A program made the translations under genes and the position numbers. A stretch of 64,000 nucleotides of DNA. Origin: Vicugna vicugna. Lineage: Eukaryota. Positions 25,241 to 38,089 of this stretch are shown here, piece by piece; the stretch's first letter is position 1, and each line of letters starts with the position of its first letter. The stretch spans positions 1,299,451 to 1,363,450 of the forward strand of contig MU058289.1 in NCBI GenBank assembly GCA_013265495.1. The letters run 5' to 3'. Under the pieces are notes generated by a model. It worked only from the letters and a program-made list of their open reading frames with translations. It did no database searches and was not told the origin of the DNA.

Positions 25241-28200
25241 GTGTTCCCCTAGGGCCCTCCGGGTTCCCGGACGCTTCCTGCGCTGTCTCCAGTAACCAGG
25301 GACCTGATGAGTACTTGTAGCCTCAGACTGCTCTGCTCCCCCGGGAGACAGTGCCACACAGAATTCCTCCCAGGGTGGCTGAGGAAGAGCCTCCCCACCT
25401 CCACTCCAGGGCATATGGCCCCTCCCAGCTCAGACCTCCCCAACCCAGGCCTGCTCCCAGCAGTCACCAAGTCCCCAGAGCATGTGCACACACACACACA
25501 CCCCTCTCCCGGCCAGGTACCCACCACACCCACTCAGGGCTCATGCAGATCAGATGCCCACATGCCCACATGGAAGGTCACCAGCAACCTGGGCACTTCC
25601 CCTACTCCCGGACCTGTCCTCAGATCCCAACCCGAGGCCCTCCTGGGGCCCCCACAGGCGGCGCCTACTCCTACCTCGTCGTCTCCCTCCCAGCAGCATC
25701 CGCTACCTAGAAGATTAGCCTCAGGGATGGGAGTTGAGGTGGGAGATGGTGGTCAGCCCAGACCCACCCATCACCGCACTCAACCCTGACTGCCCCCGGG
25801 GTTGGCCCACTGACCCCAAGTCATTCCTTGGCCCTCCTTGCTCTCCAGACCCCTGCTGCTATGGATTCCTATGCCCAGCCCCTCCCAGGTCCCATAAATC
25901 ATTGCCCCAACTGCCCCTCCCCTTCCAGCTCCCCTACCGAGCAAGGCTCTCAAGTTCATCTGCAGTTCAGCAAGCTGTCATCTGTGTCTCCTGGCCAACA
26001 AGGGTCAGCACCAACCCCTCCAATCCTAGAGCCATGCAGGCACCCGCTGTCCAAGACCCACCTCCAAGAGCCCGCCTCCCCAGCCGAACATCACACATAA
26101 GCGCACACATCACAGCCTTTGTCACTTACAGGAGGCAAACCTCTTCTGTTAGTGGGCCAGGCCGTCCAAGTATTTCCAAATTACCCCTGGGGGCCCCTGC
26201 CTTGTGCGAAAAGGAGCCTAGGTTCTGTTGGCCATGCTCAGTTATTTGTTAATTCCACCTTTCCCTCTCTTCCTCCTGCTCTTTCCGGGTCTCAGTATCT
26301 TTCTGTCTTTCTCCCCACCATTCTCTCACTCAGTCTCCCTCTCAATCTCTATGTAATCTCTCCCTCTTCCTGTCTCTCCTGGGCAATTCCTCACCATCTC
26401 TTTCTGTCCAACGTTCATTCTCTCACACACCTTTCTCAAGTCTCTCTGTCTCTCTCACCCTATCTCGCTCTCTCAATGTCCTGTCTCATGCCCCTCCTCA
26501 TCTCCCTCCTAATCCCCATCTCTTCCTCTCTATCCCTCCCTCTCACCCTCTATTCCTCCCTCCCTCCCTTTCTCTCACACATGCACATGCGCGCGCGCGT
26601 GCACACACACGGTAACGGACCCAACACTCAAGGGTTTCCACAAAGGCACACCTGTGTGCATACTGCCTGGGGCACACACATGACGTGCAATGTGTATAGC
26701 ATTTGTGTAACTCTGTTCTTGGGCCTTTATCCCACCTGTGCTCCTTCACTGAACAACTCAGGCTGTACTTGGACTTGCAAACCAATGGGGAAGGGAGGGT
26801 CCTAAACCGAGATTCTCAAGGCCAGCGCAGGGCCTGGCTCAGGCTATAGTACCAACCACACACCAGGCACTGTGGAGACGAGCGGACAACGTAGACAGAC
26901 CCTGGCCTGGAGAGCTCACCCTCTGGAGGAGAGATGGGCATCAAAAGAATAAGCACCTATTCTCTTAACACGTGAGAGCAGAGCAGTGAACAAAGGCACA
27001 GTTAGAGGAGTCACCAGGTGTCGACAGCAGAGGAGACATCCTAGGGGCAGGTGGGTCATGGGTAATTTATCCAGCTTGGAGTCTGGCTCTTACACTGCTT
27101 CCTCAGCATCAGGTCAGCATGACTCCTGACAATGAACTGGAAGATGCTCCTTTTGGGAAAGAGCTTAGAGAGCAGGGACCCCAAATTCTGGGTGTTGGGA
27201 GCCTAGCTTATTCATGACGCTGAGATCAGAAGGATCTGATCAGGAATTAAAGCATGGGGCAGGGGTGGATCCAGGCAGAGGGCACTGCATGTGAAAAGGC
27301 TCTGTGGTAAGAGGGACAGTGAGGGTCACCAGCCCTGGGAGAGGGCACTACAGGGCCATGGAGCCCAAAGAGAAAGGGCAAAGTGTGGCCAGAGATGAGG
27401 CCACTGCCCCCAGGGTCATGCATTCCCTTGGCTGGGACTTTTGGTAAAGTCTGGCACATGAACTCAGGTGACGAACTGGGTAGGGGAGCGTGGTAACCAG
27501 GACAGAGCAGATGTGGAGAAGATGGTGGCCCCCACGGCCAGAAGACCAGGGGCCACCTCCACAGCAGACACAAAGGAAGAGAAAAGAGAAGAGCTGAATC
27601 TGCAACGAGGGGAAATCAAGGGCAAAGCGGCTTTGACACTGGAAGCAAAAAAGAGGGCAATCAGAAGAAAGCTTTGCAATAACTGGCTAGAAAGCAAAGC
27701 AGCCCAGCTCAAGAAGAGAAAGCCAGCAAGAGCCTCTTCTTCCTGGAATTTACTCTCCTGCCCCACTGGGATCACCTCCTCCAAGAACCCACCTTGATCC
27801 TGTTGAAGTCCCTTTCTCTGGGGACACACGCCTCCTGTCTCAGGACCTCTTCCTTAAAATATTTGGTTAATAATCCCCAAACTCACTATGCAGTTGCTCC
27901 AGGCCTCAGCCAGTTGGACCCCAATGGCTTCCAATTCCCCTCCTATGCACCCCAATGAGCATTCCCAGCAACATTCTGGTTCCCGGGTAGGAACGATCCT
28001 ACAAGCAAAGAGACCCTTACATCTAACAGTGGGGGGAACGGAGGGCAGAGGCAGTGGCCAAGAGCAGATGGTTCAGGTTTTCACAGGAACAAGCAGACTT
28101 AAAATATTCCATGAAAACCCCTGTGATGGTTTATCGTGGATGGGGAGACCACCCACAAGTGCACATCGAACATAAGGCATCCATGAGAATCTAAGCTTCC

Positions 28201-28879
28201 CAACGCTCTTGTGTCTTTCAGGGGGAAAAAAAATCTATTTCCACAAACCACGTTTCATTAGGTTTAAGACACAGACACAAAGAAAACCCCACACTATTCT
28301 AAAGTCTGAAAAGCAAACACATTATTTTGAGATTTTAGAGGAATTTATACAAAAATAGTTAAAACGACAATGTTTTACCGCTTGAACACTGGCTATATGA
28401 TATACAAATTGGACATTTGTGAGTTTCTTGTAATTTTCCTAAGAAATAACAACCGTGGGCCAAGTTTTTAGAAGAAAACTATATTCTTTTTAAAGAAAAT
28501 GAAAATATTCTCAAAGAAAAAACTTAATTTAAGTCAAATCATTTGCTTTTGTCGTGGAGCCTGATACACACTGCTTTCCTGCAACAGGTGGGCAGTGTGC
28601 CCCCTCGCGGTGACACCTGTGGCTGGAATTCTGCATGGGAAGGTGTTCTTTTTCCTTCTGAGAATGGGGAGGGTTTGAGAGGGACAGTCTCCAAGCCAGG
28701 GGCCAAGGATGGGGAGACAGGGCGGGATTATGGCTGAAAACACCCATCAGAATGCCGGTGGCCGACATAAGCAGTGACCACAATGGCCAAAAGCAGGACT
28801 CCTTTGCAGGCCCGACTTCCCGAGGGTGTCATTCCTCACCCCCTCCAGTGTCCCCACCCAAACAAGGCATCCTTCCCAC

Positions 28880-29650
28880 CCACCAACGGGCAAGGCGCTT
28901 ATGAGACAAACACGCGTGCCCTCGGCCACCCCCCGCCTGCCAGACCACACCCCGCCCTGGGAGCTCTCTTGAAGTGGGGGTCCCAGGCCCTTTCCATACA
29001 GGGCTCCCGCCACGAGGCCAGTCGAGGAAGGGGGCGGTGCACCCCGCCCCTGCACGTGGTGATGGCCATCTGCAGCCCCGTGACCCACAGCCGGTCTGGG
29101 AGCCCGCCCCCGAGGCCCCGGGGCGCAGGGGGTCCCGAAACAGAAGGCCGGGGACGGGCCGGGGGCGGGAGGCAGGCGGAACCCGGAAGGAAGCGGCTTG
29201 AGGAGGCACAGACGGTGAATAAATATAAGTAGCTTCGCCGCGGGGCCGGCCCCTCGGACAGCAGCTCGGTGGCAAGTGGGGGTAGGGGTGGGGGTGGGAG
29301 TCGGCGGCCGCGCCCCCTGACACAAAACTCGGGCACTGACCTGGGTCACCCGTCGCCCGCGCGCGCGTCGAGAGACACGCGCGCGTGCGCACACACACGC
29401 ACACGGACACACATGCGCACACACACAGCGCCAGGGCGGGCTCCCAGCCCCGCTCAGAGCTCTGTGACGTGCACAGCAGGTGAGGGAAGCGGGCCGGGCC
29501 GGAGGCGCCGCAGGTGGCAGCGGCGGCACAGCAGGTGGCCCTCCAGGGGGTAGCAGCGGCGTCCGTCCTCCCCGCTCAGCTGCAGCCCGCAGTCCTAGGG
29601 GAGAACACAGCCCCGGCGCCGGAGTAAGCAAGGGGGGCACGTCAGAGACC
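28880..29650. promoter_or_regulatory. CpG-rich island over the WTIP last exon and proximal 3'UTR
   Basis: Dense CpG/GC content and alternating CG/CA tract at about 29355-29430. Confidence 0.7.
29454..29594 (-). CDS. WTIP: WTIP exon 8 (end of LIM3 and C-terminus)
   Basis: AG at 29596-29595; [49 protein letters not shown] 29454-29456. Confidence 0.95.
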   Translation of the reverse strand, partial: DCGLQLSGEDGRRCYPLEGHLLCRRCHLRRLRPGPLPSPAVHVTEL

Positions 29651-32518
29651 TGAAGGGCTCTGCACACCTTCCGCAGGACTTTGGCCTGTACTCTTTGGGG
29701 GAGGAGGAATCAGCAGGACAGTGTTGGACCCCCTGAACTGGAGATGCGTCTTACACATCCAAAGGAGACAGCGAGGGGGGACGTCGTTGGACAAGCGCCT
29801 GGGGTCTGAGAGAGACGACTGGGCAGTAAATGGGGCATCAGCATAAAAATGTGATGGTTTTTAACAAAACAACAGATTACATCTCTCCGGGATTGCAGAT
29901 AACTAGAAGACAGGAGAGCAAAATCAGCTGAGCTGTGGAAGCTCCAACTTTAACAAGAAGAGGATCTGAGCCAAGACTTCTGGGGAAAATAAAAGTGAGG
30001 AAAATCAAAAACAGCTGGCCTTAAGAGCAGAGACTCTAGGAGGGAGTGGTCAGCATGCCAGAAGTTGCTGGGAGGTTAAGTCAGTGACACCTGAGAAACA
30101 TCTCCCAGATCCGCCACCTGGGGGTCACTGGTGACCTCAGGAAGGGGGGAGGGTCAAATGCCTGACCCCAGTGGCCTTAAGAGGTAATGGAACAGAAGAA
30201 CTGGAGACATCAAGTAAACAAGGAATTTGGCTTTATGTCCCCTATCTTACCATTTTATCACTGTGTGATATTTGATAGGCTAATTTTCTCTCTTTAACAA
30301 GTTATGTGATTCATATTTGACCTCTGTAAATGATGGGCAGGAAGTGTGAAGCCACAGAGGGTGTGCTGGCAGAGACAGTGGGGCACCAGGTGAGCCCACT
30401 GGACAACTTTTCCTTCATTTTGCCCCCCACCCCAAGGAGGCCCCTTTGGTGACACTTTTACTACATCCAGGGCCGAACTCCGCTGGCCTCGAAGCTTTGA
30501 CACTTGTTACCCAAAGGCCCTGAGACCAACACCTGCCCTGCCCCACACAGGTGATGAAGATGGGCTGCTGCCATGGAGTCTCGTGTCCCACGCAACTCAG
30601 GTCCCAGGTGTCCTCCATGTCCTGTCTGGCCACAGCCCCCTGACTGGGCCTCCTAGTAACCACCAGACACCAGAGAAGGGAGGAGAGGGGGGCCTGGAGA
30701 CCCCAGTTTCAAACATCCAAGGGTCTCCCCTGGGAAAGCAACATGCCTTACAGCTCTGAGGTGCTGGGTGTGCTCTGCCCACAGCTTGACTTGCTCCTTC
30801 ATTCTCAGGATCAGCCTTTCCCTAAGGACTGTGCTTAGCGATCCCAAAGGGACACAGCGGTCCCAGGACAGCAGAGCAGGATGCCCTACTGCTGTTGCTG
30901 GAGGAACTGTGGCCCCTCTGTAGGCCACGTCGGCTCTCCATCCTCCCTCCCTGGTCCTCCAGCAGGATTCCCGTTCCCATAGGGCCACTTGCCATCACCA
31001 AAGCAACCTGGTTCCAAACTGACCCTTGATTCCTATTTGAGATTTCTCGCTGACACACCGGCTCTTCACTGGGGCTCTGGAACCCAACACATTTTTCTTG
31101 GTTTTCCTCCTACCTCTCCAGTCACTCATTTAGGCAGCTCTCCCTCCGGGCAGCCCCTGCATGCTGGTGTTCCTTGGGCTATCCAGAGCCCCTGCCCCTT
31201 ACTCTGCAGCTCTCCCTGGAAGACCTCACTTACTCGCCTGGCTTCAGTGGCCATCTACATGCCCATGAAGGAACTCTTGCTTACAGCCACGACACTAACT
31301 GGAATGTCCCGTCTTACCTTTAACGATGAAAAACTGCAAAATATATGAAACAATGATTCTCAGACTCTGAGCAACAGGCAAGACAGGCCAGTGATCTCCG
31401 AGAGAAGGGAAATTAGTGAGGTGAGCCCCAAGTTACTACCTGGAGAGATTTTACAGGTGGCCCAAAGAGAGCCCATTGGTCTCCTTGAATTGAGAATTTG
31501 GGGAGGCAAAGGCAACTAGAAACCACAGGGGCAGAGTATCAGAGAGGAAAGAGCTAACATGCCAGTGACTCCCGAAGCCAGAACCTTTATACCAGCACAT
31601 CTAGCTGCTGCCTGGACATCTCCGCTCGGGTGTCTCCAGCTACCAAAAGTGAGAACATCTTATGCCTGCCTCCTCTCGCCCTCACTCTCTCCTGCGATCC
31701 TAATGGACACCTCCAAACCCCCAAACTCCATGTCCAGTCACTGACCAAATCAAGTCCCTTGTACTGTCTAACCAACACTCAACTCCATCTACGTTTCGGA
31801 ACCCTGGACCACAACCCTGACTCCCCAGCCTCCTCAGGGAACCCCCACCCCCACTCCCTCTTCCCCTATCCATTCTCTGCATGGCAGTGAGTGCCCTTCC
31901 TAAAATCCCTATGCCACCGTGTCATCCCTTTGCAGTCCTTCTCCATTGCCCTCAGGGTAAGTCCACACTCCTCAGCTCCTGTGGCCTTTCATTCCCAGCT
32001 CCTGCCAACTTTTCCAGTGACACAAGACAAATACACTCACCTTCAAACTTTAGCACCTTCTGTTTCCATTGCCTGGAAATGCCCTTTTCACTGCCTCCTT
32101 GGCTAACTCTTACTCATCTTTCAAGTCTTAGTTATGGTGTCACCTCCTCTAGAAAGCCCTCCCTGATTTTCCTAGGCTTCCTATGTGCTCTGAAAACTCC
32201 CGTTGATAGCAATGATGACCCTGTATAAATACTGCCTGAGTACTCGTCTCTTACGAGAGTAGGGACTGTCTTTATTCTCTGTACACCACAGCACCCCCAA
32301 CCCTGTAAATCCTCAGTAAATATTTGATTGAATGAGAAACAGAGGCTGAGAGAGAATATATCTTGTGGGGAAGGGAGAGAGCTCAGTGGAGAAGGACAGG
32401 CAGAATGGGGCAGAACCATGAGAGAGGAGGTGGGCCCACAGGACACTAGGGGAGAAGGAGACCGGTGTGGGAGGGGGACCGCCATGGCCACCAGCCTTCC
32501 CGGAGGGCCCAGGCTCAC

Positions 32519-32587
32519 CTCACAGTGATAGCATTCCACGTGGTAGTCTCTGTCCATGGACACCACACGGATGGTTGTCTCGCAGCC
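32519..32587 (-). CDS. WTIP: WTIP exon 7
   Basis: cag|[23 protein letters not shown]|gtgagc; 69 nt. Confidence 0.96.
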
Positions 32588-33263
32588 CTGGAGGAAGAGA
32601 CAGGGTGTGAGGCGAACCGTGTATGGCAGCACACACCTGCCCAGCGTGCTCCTGTAGTGGGGGAGGTGCACTCACACCAGAGTGAGCACTGAGACGGGTG
32701 CCTCTGCGGGGCCGGAACAGGCATTGGTAGGTGCACGTGAGTGGATGTGCATGTGCCGTAAGCATCCTCCCATGATGAGGGCCATCGTGAGGGTGTCGGT
32801 GTGTGTGTTCACGTTCTTTTCAGTTCTTTGGGGTCAGGAAAGACCACTGCCAGCCCTGCTTCCCCAGACACAGCATGTGTGGAAGGCCCAGCACCTGAGA
32901 GAGCTGCCCTACCTACGGATGCCTCCTGCGGAGACCGCATCCCCCCCTCATCTGCTCCCCGCACCACTTCAGCCTGCAGAGCTTACAGATCCAGGGGACA
33001 GTCCTCACGTCGATGGGCAATGGTGCTGAGAGTGGCAGTGGGGCAGCTAAGGAGCGAGGGCCACCATTTCCTGCTAGCTCATGCAGGGACGGCTACACCC
33101 TGTGTGCACTGGGCACCACACACATCCCGCAGCCCAAGGGACATGGGGCAGGGGCACCTGCTCATCTCTCTCACTGGGGCCCGAGACCCTCGCCAACCTG
33201 AGCAGGACTGGCAGGGCTGGACAGGACCAGGCACCTGATCATCTCCGGGTGAGTGGTTCCTAC

Positions 33264-33315
33264 CTGTGCAGGGAGGATAGGACGGGCACAGGAGGCACAT
33301 TTTGGTGCAAAAACC
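33264..33315 (-). CDS. WTIP: WTIP exon 6
   Basis: cag|(T)VFAPKCASCARPILPAQ|gtagga; 52 nt. Confidence 0.95.
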
Positions 33316-34069
33316 CTGGAAGAATAAAGGAAACCAGAAGTGACCAACTGAGTGACCAGAGGCCAAGAGCATGCAGACAGGTCCACCCACAGTAGCCCCA
33401 TAACATGGTCCGAGCATCAGGCCCCCTTTCCTTTTGTGAACACGATGGGGTAGGAGTGGCCTCTGCCACACCTTCTTGGCACTGGCCTTTTGTGTGTCTC
33501 CCCAACTCACCTGTACCCCATCACCTCCTCCAGAATGGCTTCAGGTTCTGCCCAGGCCTCTCTCTCATGCTTCCTGTGAGTCCTTGCCCCCAGATATATA
33601 GGCTTGGGCCTCCCCTAGCAGAGACCCCTGCAAAGCCTCAGGCTCTACACTGAGTACCAGGAGCCTATGCCTGGCACCAACCCCATGCAAGGCAGCAGCA
33701 CGAGACCAGAGCTCCGAGGGCTGAGCCTGGAGCCACAGCAAGGGAGAGCGGACTGCCTGGCCACATGGATATCAAACAGGCAGCAAAAGACTCTGCAAAG
33801 ACCCCATGCTCCCATCCTAGGCAGAAGAGTCCTGACCTGGCCATTAGAGCAGGGGGACAGATGCTGGGTGTGGCAGCACTGGGGGTGGGGGGACGGAGAC
33901 AGAGGACTCCAGGCAGAGATCTGTGCCTCGCCCCAACCACTGAGCACACACAGAGGCCGGAAGTGAACAGGCCAAGGATGGAAAACACAGACAAGCAAGC
34001 AAGAAAAATGCTCCTAGGGGAGGCGAGGAACCGTGGGAGTCACATTGCTCCACCACGACAGCTACTCAC

Positions 34070-34200
34070 GTGTGATAATCTCTGACACAGTAGATGTTGT
34101 TCTCCACGTCCACAGTGAAGGGCACCCCATCCAGGCACTCATTGCACACGGAGCACCGGAAACAGCCCGGGTGGTAGGACTTGCCAAGGGCCTGCAGGAT
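34070..34200 (-). CDS. WTIP: WTIP exon 5
   Basis: cag|[43 protein letters not shown](T)|gtgagt; 131 nt. Confidence 0.96.
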
Positions 34201-34366
34201 CTGGGGGTGGGAGGCACTGAAGGGTCAGTGCAGGTGGAAGGCTCAGCACAGCCCCCGGAAGTCACTCTGGCTCTGAGCCCCTGGCAGGTCTACGACAGGT
34301 GAAAGGGTGGGGTCCTCAGACTCCACCCATGTCAGAGGGCTCCAGGAGCCTAGGGGAGGTTCTCAC

Positions 34367-34429
34367 CATCTCCATGATGAGGTGTCCACACACGCTACAC
34401 TTGTCAGCCGTTTGCTGGAACCCGGAGTA
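34367..34429 (-). CDS. WTIP: WTIP exon 4
   Basis: cag|YSGFQQTADKCSVCGHLIMEM|gtgaga; 63 nt. Confidence 0.96.
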
Positions 34430-34590
34430 CTGGGAGGAGACACAAGATCCAGGTTGTTACGTGACAAAGGGGCAGTCACTGCCCAGCCAGCACCTGCCTC
34501 CTTGGCCTTAGGTCTCCACGTGAATCAGAAGGAGAGGTCCCCGCCCCTGCTCCCACCCATGGCACCAGCCAGGGCACAGCTTTGACTCAC

Positions 34591-34658
34591 CAGGAAGTCC
34601 TCCTGGCAGTACACTTTCTCACCCACATTGTAGAATGCCTTCCCGCGAAGTCGTCTCC
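34591..34658 (-). CDS. WTIP: WTIP exon 3
   Basis: cag|(G)RRLRGKAFYNVGEKVYCQEDFL|gtgagt; 68 nt. Confidence 0.96.
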
Positions 34659-35069
34659 CTGCAAGGATGAGGGTCAAGAAGGGGGTCCCTGGGTCGCTGG
34701 AAACCAGGGGTGATGCCCCTGCTGCCATTTCTCAGCACTTCTCTCCCTCCTCCAACAAACGAGAAATGGATTACAGATGAATTTTTTTAATTTCCCTCTA
34801 ATGTTATTATCATTATGCTAATCAGTTATTTTTAAAAAATGAAACATAATGTGTTGTTGACAAAACTGTTGTACCAGGTTGTCAGAGCAAATATATAAAG
34901 ATTTGTTTCTCAAATGTAAATTGAAGTTGTGATAATTTACAAATATATGTATTTGCTCTAAGTTCAGTTGAGCTCGGAGCAGGCTTTTTAGAATGAATTT
35001 CTTAATCCAGAAACATCAGAAGTATAGTTCTCACTAGGTGAAGGAACCCAATATAAAAGAGGTCTCCTC

Positions 35070-36905
35070 TATTCCAAATATGCAGGTAAAGTTCAACATC
35101 CGCAAATCAGTCAACGTGATACATCACATCAACAGAATGAAGGATAAAAATCCTATGATCATCTCAATAGATACAGAAAAGTCATTTGATGAAATTCAGC
35201 ATCTTCTCATGAAGTGGGTACAGAGGGAACAAAGCTCAGCATAATAAAAAGAAGCTAACAGCCAGTACCATACACAACCGTGAAAAGCTGAAAGCTTTTC
35301 CTCTCTGATCATGGACAAGACAAGGATGGCCAAAATCTCATCACTTTCATGCAACATAGTATTGGAAGTCCTAGCCAGAGCCATTAGACAAGAAAAAGAA
35401 ATAAAAGGCATCCAAATTGGAAAGGGAGAGGTAAAACTGTCCCTGTCTGCAGGTGACATGATACTGTATATAGAAAACCCAAAAGATGCCATTAAAAACT
35501 GTTAGAACTAATAACTGAATTCAGTAAATTTTCAGAACACAAAATCAGTACAAAAAAATCTGTTGTGCTTCTTTAACTAATAATGAACTATTAGAAAGAA
35601 ATCAAGAAAACAGTCCATTTACAATTGCATCAAAAGGAATAAGTATCTAGGAAAAAATTTAACCAAGGTGGGGAAAGACCTATATATTGAACACTACAAT
35701 ACATTAATGAAAGAAACTGAAGAAGATACAAATAAATGGAAAGATATTCCATGCTCATGGACTGGAAGAATCAGTATTGTTAAAATGTCCATACTACCCA
35801 CAGCAATCTATACATTCAATGAATGCAATCCCTATCAAAATTCCAATGGTATTTTTCTCAGAAATAGAATAAACAATCCTAAAATGTGTATGGAACCACA
35901 AAAGACCCCAAATAGCCAAAGCAATCTTCAGAAAGAAGAACAGAGTTGGGAGCAACATGCTCCCTGATTTCAAACTGTATTACAAAGCTACAGTAATTAA
36001 AACGTATGCTGTCAGCATAAAAATAGACACACTGATCAATGGATCAGAACAGCAAGCCCAGAAATAAACCCACACATAAATGGTTAATTAATTACCACAA
36101 AGGACCTCACACCTGTTAGAATAGCTACTGTCAATGAGACAAGAAGTAGCAACTATTGATGAGGTGTGGAGAAAAGGGAACCCTTGTGCAGTGCTGGTGA
36201 GAATGAAACTGGTACAACCACTGTGGAAAACAGTATGGAGAGTCCTCAAAAAATCAAAAATAGAACTAGTACATGATCCAGCAATTCCACTTCTGGCCAT
36301 TTATCTAAAGAAAACAAAAACATTCTAATTAATTCAAAAAGATATCTGCACCTCTTTGTTTACTGCAGTATTATTTGTAATAACCAAGATATGAAAACAA
36401 CCTAAGTGTCCACTGATGGATGGATAAAGAAATTGTAGAATATATATATATGCATGTGTGTGTATATATATATTCTATACAGATGCAACAGAATATTATT
36501 CAGCCACAAAACAAGAATGAAAATGAGGGGGGAGGCTACAGCTCAGTGGTGCAGCACGTGCTTAGTATGCATGAGGTTCTGAGTTCAATCCCCAGTACCT
36601 CCATTAACAAATAAATAAATAAACCTGATTATCTCCTCCCCCCTAAAAAAGAATGAAAATTCAATCTTGCCATTTGCGACAACATGGATGGACCTCGAAG
36701 GCATTACGCTAAGTGAAATAAGCCACACAAAGAAACACAAATACCATATGATCTCTCTTATATGTGGAATCTTTAGAAAAACAAACAAACAAGCTCATAG
36801 GTACAGGGAACAGTTTTGTGGTTGCAAGACACAGGGGGTGGGGGGTGGGAAAAATGGGTGATGTGGGGTTTTTTTCAGTTTAAATAAATTGAATAAAAAC
36901 TTACA
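35070..36905 (+). mobile_element. LINE-1 ORF2/3'UTR fragments in WTIP intron 2 (antisense to the gene)
   Basis: [78 protein letters not shown] and [14 protein letters not shown] motifs. Confidence 0.92.
36525..36648 (+). mobile_element. tRNA-derived SINE inserted in L1
   Basis: A/B boxes; perfect TSD AAGAATGAAAAT at 36513-36524 and 36649-36660. Confidence 0.93.
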
Positions 36906-37025
36906 AAGAAAAAGGCATCCTTGTCAAAACCATAGCCCCAGGAGACCTGCCAGGAGCTATGTGAGGCATTCCCGTTGAGTCAAGAGAAAGATGACAACGC
37001 TTAACTAGGAACAAGAAGGAAACTC

Positions 37026-37163
37026 AGGGAGAGGGTATAGCTCAGGTGGTAAAGCACATGCTTAGCATGTGCAAGGTCCTGGGTTCAATCCCCGGTACCT
37101 CCTCCAAATATAAATAAGTAAATAAACCCAATTACCTCCCCCTCATAAAACAAAAGAAAAAAT
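37026..37163 (+). mobile_element. tRNA-derived SINE
   Basis: A/B boxes; perfect TSD AGAAGGAAACTC at 37014-37025 and 37164-37175. Confidence 0.93.
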
Positions 37164-37637
37164 AGAAGGAAACTCTTCCACCTAATGAAGGGCATCTATA
37201 AAAACCCACAGCTAACATCAGACATGATAGTGAAATAGTAAATGCTTTTCCCCTCAGGATTCAACATTGTACTAGAAGTGCTGGGCAGTGCAATAAGACA
37301 AGTGAAAAAAATTTAAAAATCGGAAAGGAAGAAGTAAAACTGTCTTTAAACACAGACGACATGGTTGTGTTGTACAGAAAATCATAAGGAGTCTACCAAG
37401 AAACTACTGGAACTAGTGAGCTTAGCAAAGTATAGATGGTCAGCATATGAAAATCAAAAATATTTTTATATTCTAGCAACAAATGACTGGAAAATGAACT
37501 TATAGTAGCATCCCCCACACCCCATAAAATACTAAGGGATACATTTTATGAAGATGATGTGTTTGACCTTACTCTGCAAAACCAAACTTTGCTGAGAGCA
37601 AGTTTAAAAGAGCTGCATAAATAGAAAGATACACCAT

Positions 37638-38085
37638 TGCTGGAAGACAGTTCTCCATTGGATCTCTTCCATTTCTGCACATCTTTCAAACAGAGGGCCA
37701 GCAGCTTCCATTCTGGATTTTCTTGCCAAGGACGTTTTGTGGAGCAAACTGCTTAGAAGACAGAGATTGCATCTCCTTCTGAAGCAAAGGGCAGGTTTGT
37801 TTGGTGTCCAGTATAATAAAGATAAAGTGCTTCTCTGGGACAAGGGTCAGACAGCCTTGCTGGCAGCCCATTATAAAAGCCTGGGATTCCCTAAGCTCAG
37901 TGTTCCTCAGCCCTGACATACAGACCCACTGCGTGTGCAGCATGCACCTGTGCCCTCCACATCACTCCTTTGGGAACGGGGAGGTCACAGAGAACAGACA
38001 TGAACGTGACGCTCACGCCGCTTGCGGGGCTGCGAGGATCTGCCCCAGGAGGGTCACGTCTTCAGTCAGCATGCATGAAACACTG
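37638..38085 (+). mobile_element. Solo LTR (ERVL-class, MER68/MER77-like) interrupting an old L1
   Basis: 'gcaaagggcaggtttg...gtccagtataataaagataa...gcccattataaaagcctgggattccctaagctcag...acccactgcgtgtgcag' matches a recalled ERVL LTR consensus; L1 sequence on both sides; subfamily uncertain. Confidence 0.6.
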
Positions 38086-38089
38086 GCTA

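Noticed and set aside
24596..25414. 272-aa minus-strand ORF across duplicated module 2
   Set aside because: No domain similarity, and the paralogous module has no equivalent long ORF in the track
27685..27750. Minus-strand ALAGFLFLSWAALLSS resembling an SCGB1B/Fel d 1 chain 1 signal peptide
   Set aside because: No ATG, no splice donor and no matching exon 2 downstream; too short to distinguish from chance
28747..29667. 306-aa minus-strand ORF over the WTIP last exon
   Set aside because: It is in a different frame from the real exon 8 and is explained by stop-codon scarcity in the CpG island
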